From assembly GCA_965214835.1 (NCBI GenBank), contig CBDCCK010000002.1, positions 1,568,001 to 1,632,000 on the forward strand: a stretch of 64,000 bases of DNA. The letters are read 5' to 3'. The position numbers were made by a program, and so were the translations under genes. Positions 32,414 to 42,870 of the stretch are shown in pieces (position 1 is the first letter of the stretch; the number at the start of each line of letters is the position of its first letter). This stretch comes from Nitrosopumilaceae archaeon (GTDB taxonomy: Archaea > Thermoproteota > Nitrososphaeria > Nitrososphaerales > Nitrosopumilaceae). The notes beneath the pieces are model-generated. The model had not been told where the DNA came from. It worked only from the letters and a program-made list of their open reading frames with translations, and did no database searches.

Positions 32414-33039
32414 GCGTGGAGTTCGGATTCGTATTGCTGTTTGTCGAGAACCTCCTCCTGCAGTTTGACTTTTTTGGCGGGGAGCAGGGGGCGCTGGGCA
32501 GCGACGACCCGATGGTCAAGGGGATAATCGCATCCATGCTTGGAATAACGGGATTTGGGATTCTACTGAACCTCTTCAACTCCGCCGTAAGAAAGAAGAT
32601 GGTCGACTCTGTCAAGCTCAAGCGGATCATGAAGGAGACCCGGGCCTGGCAGAAGGAGAGGATGGCCGCGTTCAGATCCAAGGACCAGGAAAAGATTGCA
32701 AAGCTCAACCAAAAGTCCTCGTACATGAACAAGATGAACATGGAGATGATGCAGATGAACATGCGCCCCATGATGATAACCTTCGTCCCGCTTATCCTGA
32801 TATTCTACTTTGTGCTACCGCAGCTGTTCTCATACACGGTGGCCCTCTCACCGATCCCCCTAAACGTAATTCCCGGGGACTTTTTCCAGCTGACCTGCAC
32901 CGCAGAACAGGCAGCGGATCCCGAGCACGTGTGCGAGACCGAAAACGCGCTGTACCTCTGGGCCTGGTACTTTCTATCATCCATTGCCTTTAGCGGAATC
33001 ATCATGAAAGTCACCAAAACCTCCATGGATCTTAGTTGA
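32410..33039 (+). CDS. EMC3/TMCO1 (DUF106) membrane protein
   Basis: TM - coiled coil - Met-rich - TM layout; WYFLSS; conserved operon position. Confidence 0.88.
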   Translation: MSVEFGFVLLFVENLLLQFDFFGGEQGALGSDDPMVKGIIASMLGITGFGILLNLFNSAVRKKMVDSVKLKRIMKETRAWQKERMAAFRSKDQEKIAKLNQKSSYMNKMNMEMMQMNMRPMMITFVPLILIFYFVLPQLFSYTVALSPIPLNVIPGDFFQLTCTAEQAADPEHVCETENALYLWAWYFLSSIAFSGIIMKVTKTSMDLS

Positions 33040-33596
33040 GCAGGTCCGTGATCATCTCCGGCCCGCCTGCTGTGGGCAAAACGACTCTTGCCAGGGGCCT
33101 GGCCTCGGAGTTTGGCCTGCAGTATGTCGGCGGAGGCGACATTCTCAAGGACATGGCCCGGGAGCAGGGGTTTGATGCCGGCGGCGACGACTGGTGGGAC
33201 ACGCCTGACGGCATGGAGTTTTTGAACCGACGTGATGAGAATCCCGAGTTTGACAGGGCAGTTGACGGCAGGCTCTCGGAGCTGTGCAAAAAGGGGGGCG
33301 TGGTCATCACAAGCTATACCCTGCCCTGGCTGGTCGACGGCGCAATCAAGATCTGGCTTGAGGGCTCGCATGAGAACAGCGCAAAGCGCATGAGAAACCG
33401 CGACAACATGGCGGAGAGGGACGCCTTTGAGATAACAAGGGAGCGGTACGACAGGAACAAGACGCTGTACAAGAGGCTGTACAACTTTGAGTTCGGAAAG
33501 GACGCCTCGGTCTTTGACGGGATAATCAACACGGATGATCTTGACGCCGACCAGGTAATGATGGCCGCAAAATCCCTGGTAAAGAGGCTGTCATGA
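33036..33596 (+). CDS. cmk: Cytidylate kinase (archaeal type)
   Basis: ISGPPAVGKTT; operon position. Confidence 0.88.
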   Translation: MSRSVIISGPPAVGKTTLARGLASEFGLQYVGGGDILKDMAREQGFDAGGDDWWDTPDGMEFLNRRDENPEFDRAVDGRLSELCKKGGVVITSYTLPWLVDGAIKIWLEGSHENSAKRMRNRDNMAERDAFEITRERYDRNKTLYKRLYNFEFGKDASVFDGIINTDDLDADQVMMAAKSLVKRLS

Positions 33597-34600
33597 CGCT
33601 AAGGCAGCTGGAGGGCCTAGTCGAAATCGATCAGGACGTCACCAGCGAGGAGTTTGGGACGTACTATGACAAGCGGAGCATCGAGCAGCTGCTAGACTAT
33701 GGGATTATCCTGCTGGACAAGCCTCCGGGCCCGACCAGCCACGAGGCCGTCGCCTGGACCAAGCGAATACTGGGGCTGCCAAAGATAGGGCACAGCGGGA
33801 CGCTGGATCCGCAGGTCTCCGGCGTCCTGCCACTGGGGCTGGGCGAGGCGACCAAGGCGCTGGGCGTGCTGCTGCTCGGGCCAAAGGAGTACCACGCGCT
33901 GGGAAGGCTCCACTCGCTTCCGGCAGGTGAAAGGCTTGGCGATATACTGGGCATGTTTCGGGGGGAGATATTCCAAAAGCCCCCGCAGCGCTCGGCCGTC
34001 CTGCGGCAGACGAGGACCAGGCGCATCTACGAGCTGGACCTGCTTGAGCAAAAGGAGAGGCTGATCCTGCTCCGCGTTCTGTGCGAGTCTGGGACCTATA
34101 TCCGAAAGCTGCTGTATGACATGGGCGAGGTACTGGGATCCGGCGCGACCATGATCGAGCTGCGCAGGAGCCGCGTGAACCAGTTCCATGAGAGCCAGGG
34201 CCTGGTGACGCTGCACGAGCTGGCAAACGCGTTTGCGCTGTGGGGGGAGCAAAAGGATCCCTCGAGGCTCATCAGGCTGATCCGGCCCGTCGAGTGCGCA
34301 CTAAGCGAGCTAAGGTCGGTGGTCATCCGCGACTCTGCAGTCGATGCGATGTGCCATGGCGCGCAGCTGGCAGTACCGGGGATACTGCAGGTCTCGCCCG
34401 GCCTCAAGCGGGGCGATCTTGCCGCCGTCTACACCCAGAAGGGGGAGGCTGTAGCCCTGGCCGAGTGCGTGATGTCCGAGGCAGAAATCCGAGATGCCGC
34501 CAGGGGATATGCGTTTCAGACGCAGAGGATCATCATGGCCCCCGACACGTATCCCAAAAGCTGGCGAAGCAAGTCAGGTCACAGGCATGATTCCGGCTAG
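33593..34600 (+). CDS. cbf5: RNA-guided pseudouridine synthase Cbf5
   Basis: DKPPGPTSH, GHSGTLDP, GTYIRK, PUA domain. Confidence 0.95.
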   Translation: MTLRQLEGLVEIDQDVTSEEFGTYYDKRSIEQLLDYGIILLDKPPGPTSHEAVAWTKRILGLPKIGHSGTLDPQVSGVLPLGLGEATKALGVLLLGPKEYHALGRLHSLPAGERLGDILGMFRGEIFQKPPQRSAVLRQTRTRRIYELDLLEQKERLILLRVLCESGTYIRKLLYDMGEVLGSGATMIELRRSRVNQFHESQGLVTLHELANAFALWGEQKDPSRLIRLIRPVECALSELRSVVIRDSAVDAMCHGAQLAVPGILQVSPGLKRGDLAAVYTQKGEAVALAECVMSEAEIRDAARGYAFQTQRIIMAPDTYPKSWRSKSGHRHDSG

Positions 34601-35057
34601 CCTGAAGATTGCACTGGTCGCCGGAATGCTGGGAGGCATGGCAGCCGCACTGGTCCTTGCAGACGTGCGCGCAAACCAGGGCGTCGAGTACGTTGAGGGC
34701 CCCTCGCTTGCAGTCCTGACCGACGCTGCCGACTATCAGAGGGGGGATGCCGTGGACATCAGGATAGTCAACTCCGGTAGCGTGCCTATCCGGTTCCATG
34801 ACGACTCCTACGGCCTCAGGATTACAGGCCTGGCAGGGATGCCGATTTTTTCCCCGCAGGCGGAAGGGGGGGCACCGCCTGTCCTTGAGCCGAGGGAGGA
34901 GCGCAGCATATCCTGGGACCAGACCGGCGGCGAGGGCGAGCAGGTGTTTGACGGCATATACAGGATCTCGGTCCACGGCCTTGATCCAGATGGGAACAGA
35001 GTCGAGCACGCAACAACAATCAGCGTATATGAGATTGATCTGACGTTTGGAAGCTAA
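34587..35057 (+). CDS. Secreted or membrane-anchored Ig-like protein
   Basis: N-terminal TM; TD..DY..GD.V.I...N.G and WDQ...G.Y motifs. Confidence 0.7.
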   Translation: MIPASLKIALVAGMLGGMAAALVLADVRANQGVEYVEGPSLAVLTDAADYQRGDAVDIRIVNSGSVPIRFHDDSYGLRITGLAGMPIFSPQAEGGAPPVLEPREERSISWDQTGGEGEQVFDGIYRISVHGLDPDGNRVEHATTISVYEIDLTFGS

Positions 35058-35101
35058 GGCATTATATAATCAGGATCAGTCCTTACCTTGTCGAAAGACG
35101 T

Positions 35102-35201
35102 GCCGAGGTCGCCTAGCCTGGTATGGCGCGCGCCTGGAAATGCATACCATAAAGCGCGTTCTCGCAAGGGAACGGGAGTTCGAATCTCCCTCTCGGCGCC
35201 A
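35102..35201 (+). tRNA. tRNA-Ser(GGA) with a 13-nt intron at 37/38 (35140-35152) and encoded CCA
   Basis: Acceptor GCCGAGG/TCTCGGC; CGCGC-CTGGAA[intron]A-GCGCG; long variable arm. Confidence 0.9.
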
Positions 35202-35204
35202 TCA

Positions 35205-36506
35205 CTACACCATCGACTCGACAATCTCCGAGAACCTCCACGGGCCGCACTCGTCCACGTCCTTGTCGTACTGCAGGAATCCTTCTGAGCCTAGCTGGCC
35301 TACAAGGAATGCGCAGAACGGCAGCGCGCCCGTAGCCCCCGGGGAGTTGTAGTTGAGGATGTTGAGGGACCTCTCGCGCCTTTCTAGTATCACGTCGGGC
35401 TCGAACTTTCCATCCCCGTTGATCACCGACGAGCGGATTCCCGCAAACCCCTTCCCTGTGAACTTTCTGGGGCTGATTTTTGGCAGGAATCTCCGGACCC
35501 TGTCAACCATCGCAGTCTTTGACAGTGACGAGGTAATCTCGCTTAGTGCCAGGCTCTGAAACTGGCTGTCAAAGATCGCCTTTCTCGCACCCGAATCCAG
35601 CATCTCCAGCACCTTTGGGACGAACTCCTTGATGTTCTCGATGCTGTCGTACCCGTACGGGCTAAAGACCGGGACAGCGTTGGGGCCTATCTCGCAGCTT
35701 CCGTCGACCCGGATTATCCAGTGCGGATCCAGGAACGGATACTCGGGGAACTCTGGCACCGAATAGACGCTTGCAGACGTCAGGTTGTTGTATTCTTTTG
35801 GAGCCATCCAGTACTCGCCCCTGAAATGCACGTCCGTATAGTCCCGGGCAGCCCCAAGCTTGTGTGCAATGTCCATCGCCTCTCCCCCCGCCGCGTTGAT
35901 CACAAATCCTGCATGTACCGTCTCTGAGTTGCTCAGCGATACCTGGATGTCATCCCCTCTCTCCCTTACCCCGATGGCCTTGCTGTTGAAAACAAAGCCT
36001 GCCCCCGCCTTTTGGCTGTCCTCCTTTAGGGCGCCTGTAAGCTGCCCATAGTCTACGGATCCGTCCCTTGAGCAAAACATTGCAGACTCACATGATATCT
36101 CCGGCTCCCTCTCCCTGATTTGGTTCCCGTCCAGGAGCTCCATGTCATCCTCGGTCAGGCCGTTGGCCCTTCCCCATTTTATGTACTTTTCTAGGATCTG
36201 GCTGCCTTTCTCGTCAAGCGACACCTCGATGACGCCGTCCTCCCTGAAGGGGAGTCCCTTGATGCCGGCATAGGTCTTCCACATGTCAAACCCCGCGTAT
36301 GCTGCCTTTGCAAAGATCCTCTTCTTTTCTGGGTTGTACAGGTATGGTGCATGCACCTTGCCCGTGTTTCTGCTGCTGGTATGCCTTGCAACGTCTGGCT
36401 CCTGCTCGATTACGACAATCCTCTTTTCAGGGTTGAGGTGTGCAAGAAAGTACGACAATGAAGTGCCCAGTATGCCCCCGCCTATGATGGCAATGTCTGC
36501 CTGCAT
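35205..36506 (-). CDS. FAD-dependent oxidoreductase (L-2-hydroxyglutarate oxidase-like)
   Basis: IIGGGILG, HTSSRNTG, FRGEY, GPNA, SPGAT. Confidence 0.87.
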   Translation of the reverse strand: MQADIAIIGGGILGTSLSYFLAHLNPEKRIVVIEQEPDVARHTSSRNTGKVHAPYLYNPEKKRIFAKAAYAGFDMWKTYAGIKGLPFREDGVIEVSLDEKGSQILEKYIKWGRANGLTEDDMELLDGNQIREREPEISCESAMFCSRDGSVDYGQLTGALKEDSQKAGAGFVFNSKAIGVRERGDDIQVSLSNSETVHAGFVINAAGGEAMDIAHKLGAARDYTDVHFRGEYWMAPKEYNNLTSASVYSVPEFPEYPFLDPHWIIRVDGSCEIGPNAVPVFSPYGYDSIENIKEFVPKVLEMLDSGARKAIFDSQFQSLALSEITSSLSKTAMVDRVRRFLPKISPRKFTGKGFAGIRSSVINGDGKFEPDVILERRERSLNILNYNSPGATGALPFCAFLVGQLGSEGFLQYDKDVDECGPWRFSEIVESMV

Positions 36507-36679
36507 ACTGCCGCTGTGCGGCGTTCTTAGTTTAACCTTTCAGTCCTGGGGGGGGGGGTTGCCCAATTTTTTCCCGCAGGCTGGCCCGTCTGCCCCCAGA
36601 TGTGGGCAGTTTCGGAACGCAGGATGGGACATTTTTGGCCAGCTTTGCACTGTGTTATATGGAAATAATGTCCGCCATT

Positions 36680-36771
36680 GTATGTGGTCACGTCCCCTTG
36701 TTAGCTAGGCACGAAGATCACAATCATGCATCTAATTCGTGCCTGACTGATGGGGGTAGGTGACCTCGTAC
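36680..36771. repeat. About 92-bp palindromic repeat, family B
   Basis: GTATGTGGTCAC...GTGACCTCGTAC; inner IR AGGCACGAA/TTCGTGCCT. Confidence 0.8.
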
Positions 36772-36979
36772 ACCGGGATTATTCGTGCCAAGGTGTGCAA
36801 GATCTAGTCTGACCATTCAGTATTCTGTACCACATGCAATATTTTGGCACTTTGTTTGGGACTAAGTTAACGGGAGCTGATTTCTCCTGGAAAGTGTCGG
36901 GAGCTGTTATGGGCGTTCTAAATTCGTGTTTTCCACTTATTCTCACCCTGAATCCTGATTCCTACCCTATCTGCCGGGG

Positions 36980-37140
36980 CTTTTAATGCGTTCTGGATGA
37001 TGGTCTTCCATTTGTTATTCCCTTAGATCTCTATTCCTACCATCTGCAGGTGTATCGTCATCTGATCCTACGCGATGTCTTATGCAGTTACGGTACAGCT
37101 TACTGCCTGTACTGATTATTTGGAAGTCCCAACGTATGTG
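36980..37140 (-). pseudogene. IS6-like transposase C-terminal remnant
   Basis: Encodes NKWKTIIQNA, as at 21586-21615. Confidence 0.55.
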
Positions 37141-37383
37141 GGCTAGGACGGTTGCCGGAGCGAATAGACGTGGAATATCTCGGGGAGCAGGCTGATGCAA
37201 CCCTAGAGTCCATGCGGCAAGAGATAGTTGGTATCGACGGCCCGATAGCATTATCTGTCGTGAAGAGACTGGAAGCTGTAAAAGACATGGCCGTCCTCAA
37301 AAAGGGCAACGGGATTCCCGTACCAGACATGGCTGTGGAGGAATCCATAACATCTGCCGAGCGGGCGTTTTTCAGATCACGGC

Positions 37384-37755
37384 ATGGGGCCCGAGGCAGG
37401 AAGGATCCTGGCCCGGGCGCTCGCAGATGCCGCCAACTCTTACCGCCGTGCCCCCTACAAGGTTAATATCCTGTTTTTTCCAACGAGACCTGTGTTTCCC
37501 GACCGCTGTACCGTAAAGGAAAAGGGAAGGCAATGCGCCAGCCCGCCGGAATTCGTCATTTCCGTAACTGTGGGGTCTGGTGAGTACATGGTTGGCGTTA
37601 CATGCGGCCGCCACAAGCGCGGCGTCTCTGAAAAAATAGAGTCCCTTCAGCAAGAGGGAAAGATCCCAGACGGCAAGATCAGCTTTGAGCCGCTAAAGGC
37701 AGTAGGTACCGACTGCATCAAGGGAAGTGCCGACGATCTCATCCAAATCGGCTAG
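37384..37755 (+). CDS. Hypothetical protein with Cys/His motif (true start probably downstream of the track start)
   Basis: FPDRC...C..PPEF...EYMVGVTC..H...VGTDCI. Confidence 0.7.
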   Translation: MGPEAGRILARALADAANSYRRAPYKVNILFFPTRPVFPDRCTVKEKGRQCASPPEFVISVTVGSGEYMVGVTCGRHKRGVSEKIESLQQEGKIPDGKISFEPLKAVGTDCIKGSADDLIQIG

Positions 37756-38720
37756 TAGCCGACGGAGTAGGCCGGCTCTTTGTTTGCAATTCCAAGCCTC
37801 AGATTCCTGACCGCAACCTCTGCCATCCTCTCCCTTGTCTCCCTCGTGGAGCTTCCTATGTGCGGGGCTAGGACAACGTTTTCCATCTTGCTCAGGGGGT
37901 GGTTCCTGCCGATGGGTTCTGCCTCAAACACGTCTAGCCCCGCGCCTGCAATGATCTTCTGCCTTAGCGCAGTCACCAGGTCCCCCTCATCGACGATCCT
38001 CCCCCTTGCGGTATTGATCAGATATGACGTCTTTTTCATTTTTTTCATCAGCGGGAGGTCGATGATCCTGTCCGTCTCTGCCGTGTGTGGAACATGCAGT
38101 GACAGCACGTCGCTTTTTGAAATCAGGTTCTCGAGTCCGACGTATCTTGCCCCGAGCTTGCATTCCTTGGATCTGCCCAGCCTGGTCCTGTTGTGGTAGA
38201 TTATCTTCATGTCAAATGCAGCCGCCCTCCTTGCCAGCCCCTCCCCGATCCTGCCCAGGCCAAGGATTCCAAGGGTCTTTCCCCTGACGTCGACTCCCAC
38301 ATAGTCGTAGGCGCCGTAGATCTGCCTCCAGTCCCCCCTGCGAATAATCCTGTCTCCCTCCGTCGTCCTTCTCAGAACGTCCAGTATCAGCGTCATTGCC
38401 AGCTCTGCTGTGGCGTCGGTGAGGACCTCGGGCGTATAGCCTACCCGTATTCCCTGCTTCCTTGCATACTCTATATCGATATGATCATAGCCGACGCTGT
38501 ACGTACTGATGACCCTCAAGTCCGGGGCAGAATCGATCACCTTTTTGTCGATCCTGTCATATGGAAAGCAGATGATGCCCTCCACGTCCCTTACCCCTGA
38601 GATCAGCTCCCTTCTGGGCATTGGAATCCTTCCAGCGTGAACGCTGATCGAGAACTTTTTTCTCAATTCCTGAAGCGCAGACGGATGCAGTCTCCTTGTG
38701 AGCAGGATCTTTTTCTTCAA
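37752..38720 (-). CDS. D-2-hydroxyacid dehydrogenase (glyoxylate reductase-like)
   Basis: GLGRIG, INTARG, LDVFEAEP, PHIGS. Confidence 0.92.
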   Translation of the reverse strand: MKKKILLTRRLHPSALQELRKKFSISVHAGRIPMPRRELISGVRDVEGIICFPYDRIDKKVIDSAPDLRVISTYSVGYDHIDIEYARKQGIRVGYTPEVLTDATAELAMTLILDVLRRTTEGDRIIRRGDWRQIYGAYDYVGVDVRGKTLGILGLGRIGEGLARRAAAFDMKIIYHNRTRLGRSKECKLGARYVGLENLISKSDVLSLHVPHTAETDRIIDLPLMKKMKKTSYLINTARGRIVDEGDLVTALRQKIIAGAGLDVFEAEPIGRNHPLSKMENVVLAPHIGSSTRETRERMAEVAVRNLRLGIANKEPAYSVGY

Positions 38721-38776
38721 TGTTGTATCTGGCCTACCTCAAACCATTTATAATATTTCATGGTTAAAAAAGTGAA

Positions 38777-38917
38777 ATGACCTCTGACGATTTAGAAGAG
38801 TTTGCAATCTGCGTTGAATGCGGGATTTCTATTGAAAAGTGTGTATGTGTATGTCCTTATTGTGGGGAGCGTGACAAGTGCGAGTGCGCACTGTTTGATG
38901 CTGCCACCGGTGGTTGA
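38777..38917 (+). CDS. 46-aa Cys-rich microprotein ending in GG (not in ORF track)
   Basis: MTSDDLEEFAICVECGISIEKCVCVCPYCGERDKCECALFDAATGG; TTTATAAT box upstream. Confidence 0.75.
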   Translation: MTSDDLEEFAICVECGISIEKCVCVCPYCGERDKCECALFDAATGG

Positions 38918-38943
38918 TTGGAACATCATTAATATCTGATAAA

Positions 38944-40869
38944 ATGGGAATGATGGGTGTGAGTGTAGATTTTTCTTGGCTGATTGGAGGCCCGCAGGGC
39001 AGCGGCGTAGAGTCTGGCGCCAACATCTTCTCCAAGGTATGTGCCAGGCTGGGCTACCAGATATTTGGCAAGCGCGAGTTTTACTCTAACATAAAGGGAG
39101 AGCACAGCTATTTTGTTGTCAGGGTGTCGGATCAGCCCATCGCATCCAACGTAAACGAGGTAGACCTCATGACCTCATTTGATGCCGAAACCATCTTCAG
39201 GCACCATGCCGAGGTCAAAAGCCCGGGGGCAATCATCTATGATTCGGAGCTAGAGGAAGTCACGACCGACAGGGTCCTGACTCTGGACTCGCAGTTCCGC
39301 GACAGGCTGCATGCGGACATGACTGCTCACGACAAGCCGTTTACCGTCAAATCCGCCCTTGAGATTGCCCAGGCGCGTGGCGTGACCCTGTATCCCGTAT
39401 CCTTTAGGGGAATCCTGGCCAGCCTTGCCGAGGAGACCCAGAACCCCAAGCTCAAGAACCTTGTAAGGATGTTCAACGTAATCGGCGTCTCCCTGTCCTC
39501 CGGGCTGCTGAGGATGCCTCCTGCCGAGCTACTAGACTCCATAGGCGACATATTTTCCAAAAAGCCGCAGATTGCCGAGCTAAACAGGAATGCTGCCAGG
39601 TACTCTTACAACCTTGCAGCTGCCCGGTTCCCCGACTTTTCAATCAGCCTGCCCGGAACCAAAAGGCAGCCGGGAACCATCCTTGTACAGGGATACGAGG
39701 GAACCTCGATTGGGAAAATCGTCTCGGGATGCAGGTTCCAGTCGTACTATCCGATCACCCCTGCCTCCGACGAGAGCGTTTACCTTGAATCCCATGAAAT
39801 CTTGGACGTTGACGGCCACAGCCCCGGCTCCACTGCGGTAATTCAGACCGAGGATGAAATCTCCGCAATCGGCATGGTCATTGGCGGGGCGCTGACGGGA
39901 ACCCGCTCCTCGACGTCGACATCGGGCCCGGGCTTTGCCCTGATGGCAGAGGCCCTGGGATGGGCGGGAATCAACGAGGTTCCACTGGTGATCACCCTGT
40001 ATCAGCGGAGCGGCCCGTCCACCGGCCTGCCGACAAGGCACGGCCAGGACGACCTGCTTTTTGCAATCAATGCAGGCCACGGCGACTTTCCAAAGCTCGT
40101 CTATGCGTCCGGGGATGTCGAGGAAAGCTTCTATGACACTGCCAGATGCTTTAACTATTCGGACGTCTTCCAGATTCCCGTGATTCACATGATGGACAAG
40201 TTCCTAGCAAGCTCGGTCGTAACCTGCAGAAGGTTTGATCCCTCCCGGGTATCCATCGAGAGGGGGAGGCTGCTGGACTCCTTTGACGGCGAACAATACA
40301 AGAGATTCGAGCTTACAGGGGACGGCGTCTCCCCGCGCTCAAGGCTGGGCATGGATAACGGCATCTTTTGGAATACCGGAGATGAGAGCGACGAGTCAGG
40401 CCACATTACCGAGGATCCCGTCCTGCGCGTGCAGATGATGGACAAGCGGATGTCCAGGCTGGACTTGATCCTGCAAAGGATCCCAAGGGACGAGCAGGCC
40501 GTATCATACGGCGTTGAGGACTTTACGGTGATCTCCTGGGGCTCCTGCAAGGGCCCGATAATGGATGCAGTCAAAATGCTGCAGGATGACGGAATCCGGG
40601 TCGGGTTCGTGCAGATAAAGCTGCTCCACCCATTCCCCTCCGAATACGTCGCGTCCCTGCTGGCACCTGCCAAGACAATAGTCGACGTCGAGGCAAACCA
40701 CTCGGGACAGCTGGGAAGGGTGTTCAGGCAAAACACCGGCCGGGAGGTCGACTATCACATCCTCAAGTATACCGGCCGCGGGATGACAAGCACGGAGATC
40801 TATGGCTCCCTTAGGCGCATTGTGGAGGGCGGGGCTGAAAAACGCGAGGTATTGATGCATGGCGCCTAG
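38944..40869 (+). CDS. 2-oxoacid:ferredoxin oxidoreductase alpha subunit
   Basis: GGPQGSG, YPITP, TSGPG, QRSGPSTGLPT. Confidence 0.95.
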   Translation: MGMMGVSVDFSWLIGGPQGSGVESGANIFSKVCARLGYQIFGKREFYSNIKGEHSYFVVRVSDQPIASNVNEVDLMTSFDAETIFRHHAEVKSPGAIIYDSELEEVTTDRVLTLDSQFRDRLHADMTAHDKPFTVKSALEIAQARGVTLYPVSFRGILASLAEETQNPKLKNLVRMFNVIGVSLSSGLLRMPPAELLDSIGDIFSKKPQIAELNRNAARYSYNLAAARFPDFSISLPGTKRQPGTILVQGYEGTSIGKIVSGCRFQSYYPITPASDESVYLESHEILDVDGHSPGSTAVIQTEDEISAIGMVIGGALTGTRSSTSTSGPGFALMAEALGWAGINEVPLVITLYQRSGPSTGLPTRHGQDDLLFAINAGHGDFPKLVYASGDVEESFYDTARCFNYSDVFQIPVIHMMDKFLASSVVTCRRFDPSRVSIERGRLLDSFDGEQYKRFELTGDGVSPRSRLGMDNGIFWNTGDESDESGHITEDPVLRVQMMDKRMSRLDLILQRIPRDEQAVSYGVEDFTVISWGSCKGPIMDAVKMLQDDGIRVGFVQIKLLHPFPSEYVASLLAPAKTIVDVEANHSGQLGRVFRQNTGREVDYHILKYTGRGMTSTEIYGSLRRIVEGGAEKREVLMHGA

Positions 40870-41821
40870 TCTTTCTGACTACAAGACGGATGTACACAAT
40901 GACTGGTGTCCCGGATGCGGGGATTTTGGGATTGTAAATGCCATACAGATGGCACTGGCAGAAATGGGCATACGGCGCGACAAGGCGGCCCTGTTCTCCG
41001 GCATCGGATGCTCGGGAAAGACGTCGCATTATGTCAACGTGTACGGGGTGCACACCCTGCACGGCCGCGTACTTACGTTTGCACAGGGAGCAAAGATCGC
41101 AAACCCTGAAATGACCGTCGTCGCGGTGGGCGGGGACGGCGACGGTCTGGGGATTGGCGCCGGCCACTTTGTGGCAGCCGGGCGCCGCAACGTGGATATG
41201 ACCTACATTGTCTTTGACAACGGCGTCTACGGCCTGACCAAGGGCCAGGCCTCCCCCACCCTAAAGCTGGGGGAGAAGACAAAGTCCCTTCCATTCCCAA
41301 ATACGAACTATAGCGTAAATCCGCTGGGCCTTGCCGTGACCAGCGGCTTTACCTTCGTTGCCAGGGGGTACTCGTATGACATCAGGCACCTCAAGGACCT
41401 GATTGTCCGGGCCATCAAACACAAGGGGCTCTCGTTCCTTGACGTGCTGCAGCCGTGTCCTACCTACAACGACATCAACACAAGGGACTGGTATGCGGGA
41501 GCCGACCTGATGGAGGAGGCACAGGAAAGGCATTCGAGGATTTACAAGCTGGAGGAGACCGGATTTGACGGCATGGTGCGTGAGGATGATCAGACCGATC
41601 TTGACGAAAAACTGGCCCAGGCACTAATCAAGTCCCTAGAGTGGGGCAGCAAGATTCCGATAGGGGTGTTTTACAAAAACGACCACATCGCCCCCTATAC
41701 GCGCCGCATCACAGAAAGAATCCCAAATTACCTGGAAAACCCCCCCGCAAGGCAGGTAATCTCCGAGGACAGCTCCCCTGTCACCAACATCGAGTCGATT
41801 CTTGACTCGATGGAGGTTTGA
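40859..41821 (+). CDS. 2-oxoacid:ferredoxin oxidoreductase beta subunit
   Basis: WCPGCGDF, GIGCS, GGDGD, YGLTKGQ, QPCP. Confidence 0.95.
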   Translation: MAPSLSDYKTDVHNDWCPGCGDFGIVNAIQMALAEMGIRRDKAALFSGIGCSGKTSHYVNVYGVHTLHGRVLTFAQGAKIANPEMTVVAVGGDGDGLGIGAGHFVAAGRRNVDMTYIVFDNGVYGLTKGQASPTLKLGEKTKSLPFPNTNYSVNPLGLAVTSGFTFVARGYSYDIRHLKDLIVRAIKHKGLSFLDVLQPCPTYNDINTRDWYAGADLMEEAQERHSRIYKLEETGFDGMVREDDQTDLDEKLAQALIKSLEWGSKIPIGVFYKNDHIAPYTRRITERIPNYLENPPARQVISEDSSPVTNIESILDSMEV

Positions 41822-41899
41822 GCACCTGCCGGGCACACGTTTCCGGCCGTATCCTGACGCGCTGGTTCGCACGCATGTGGGCAATGCGTCGGGACTGCT

Positions 41900-42313
41900 T
41901 GTCATGGATAGGGTAAATCCGGAGGCCTTTGGGATTGCAGGCCGGGAACGCACTGCACATACGCCGGCCAGAATTGTCGCAAGCGACTGCCAGACGGCAA
42001 GCCGCCTGTCCTCCAAGATGGCGTGTCCAATCCTTTTGGCGGATCTTATCGTCTTGGAATCATAATGCCTCATCTTTGCCCAAGCCACACCAGGAACGGG
42101 TTTACATCGACCGTGGTTGCATCATGGCCCCGGCTTGCCGCACACAATGGTGCGGTGGTACCCACGCCGCAAAACGGATCAAGTACCGAGCTGCCGGCAG
42201 GACATTGCGATATGATCTCATCGACAATCTTGACGGAATATGTCGGGGTAAGGCGCAGCCATCCGTGTGAACTTGTGAGTATAGTCGCTTCTCTGCTCCA
42301 GCGCCGCCGTCAT
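41900..42313 (-). pseudogene. DNA methyltransferase N-terminal remnant
   Basis: Minus strand encodes HGWLRLTPTYSVKIV...VLDPFCGVGTT...VDVNPFLVW, with frameshifts. Confidence 0.7.
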
Positions 42314-42593
42314 CGATTCCTTCCCAGCAGTCCACTTAATACAGACCGCGTCTCGTCTCTCAGCGCGGACTGGTTGCGCGTAAAGAGCCCGACCAAGTCA
42401 TATCCTGCAACGTGGTGCATGAAGTCAAACGTAGACGACGTCGGATCCGCCAGGATTGTTTTCAAACATACCTCGTCGCGGCCGGCCATAAGAGAATTCC
42501 TCCAGCTGGAAATTTAAGCATTCTAGGTTCTGGGAACTGGCAGCTCGATGGGCGCTGGTTCTCCCGTGAAAGTGCCGGGCGCTGGAAATCTTG

Positions 42594-42671
42594 TGGTAGC
42601 GGGGAGTAGATTTGAACTACTGATTTGCGGGTTATGAGCCCGCCGGGATGACCTGACTTCCCCACCCCGCT
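42594..42671 (-). tRNA. Initiator tRNA-Met(CAT) with encoded CCA
   Basis: A1-U72 pair; GGG/CCC anticodon stem; loop CTCATAA. Confidence 0.93.
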
Positions 42672-42870
42672 AACATGGCATATAGTTTCCATAATATTAA
42701 GTCAGGCATGGATCGGAAAACGGTTTGACTGAAAACCCACACCCCGGGCCCCTCGCTGAAATTAACCGTTCATGCCAGTCCAACGGGACTCGAGGATCTG
42801 CAGGCGGCATGAATCATGCATTATTGCTCCAGGATCGTAACAGCTCGGGCTCTGGAAGCCGTCCCTGATT

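Noticed and set aside
32410-33600. No rpl34e or rpl14e around cmk
   Set aside because: Expected for this lineage; not novel
35140-35152. tRNA intron
   Set aside because: Canonical archaeal 37/38 intron
36548-36558. Intergenic poly-G run
   Set aside because: Lies upstream of the TATA region, outside any ORF; no supportable effect
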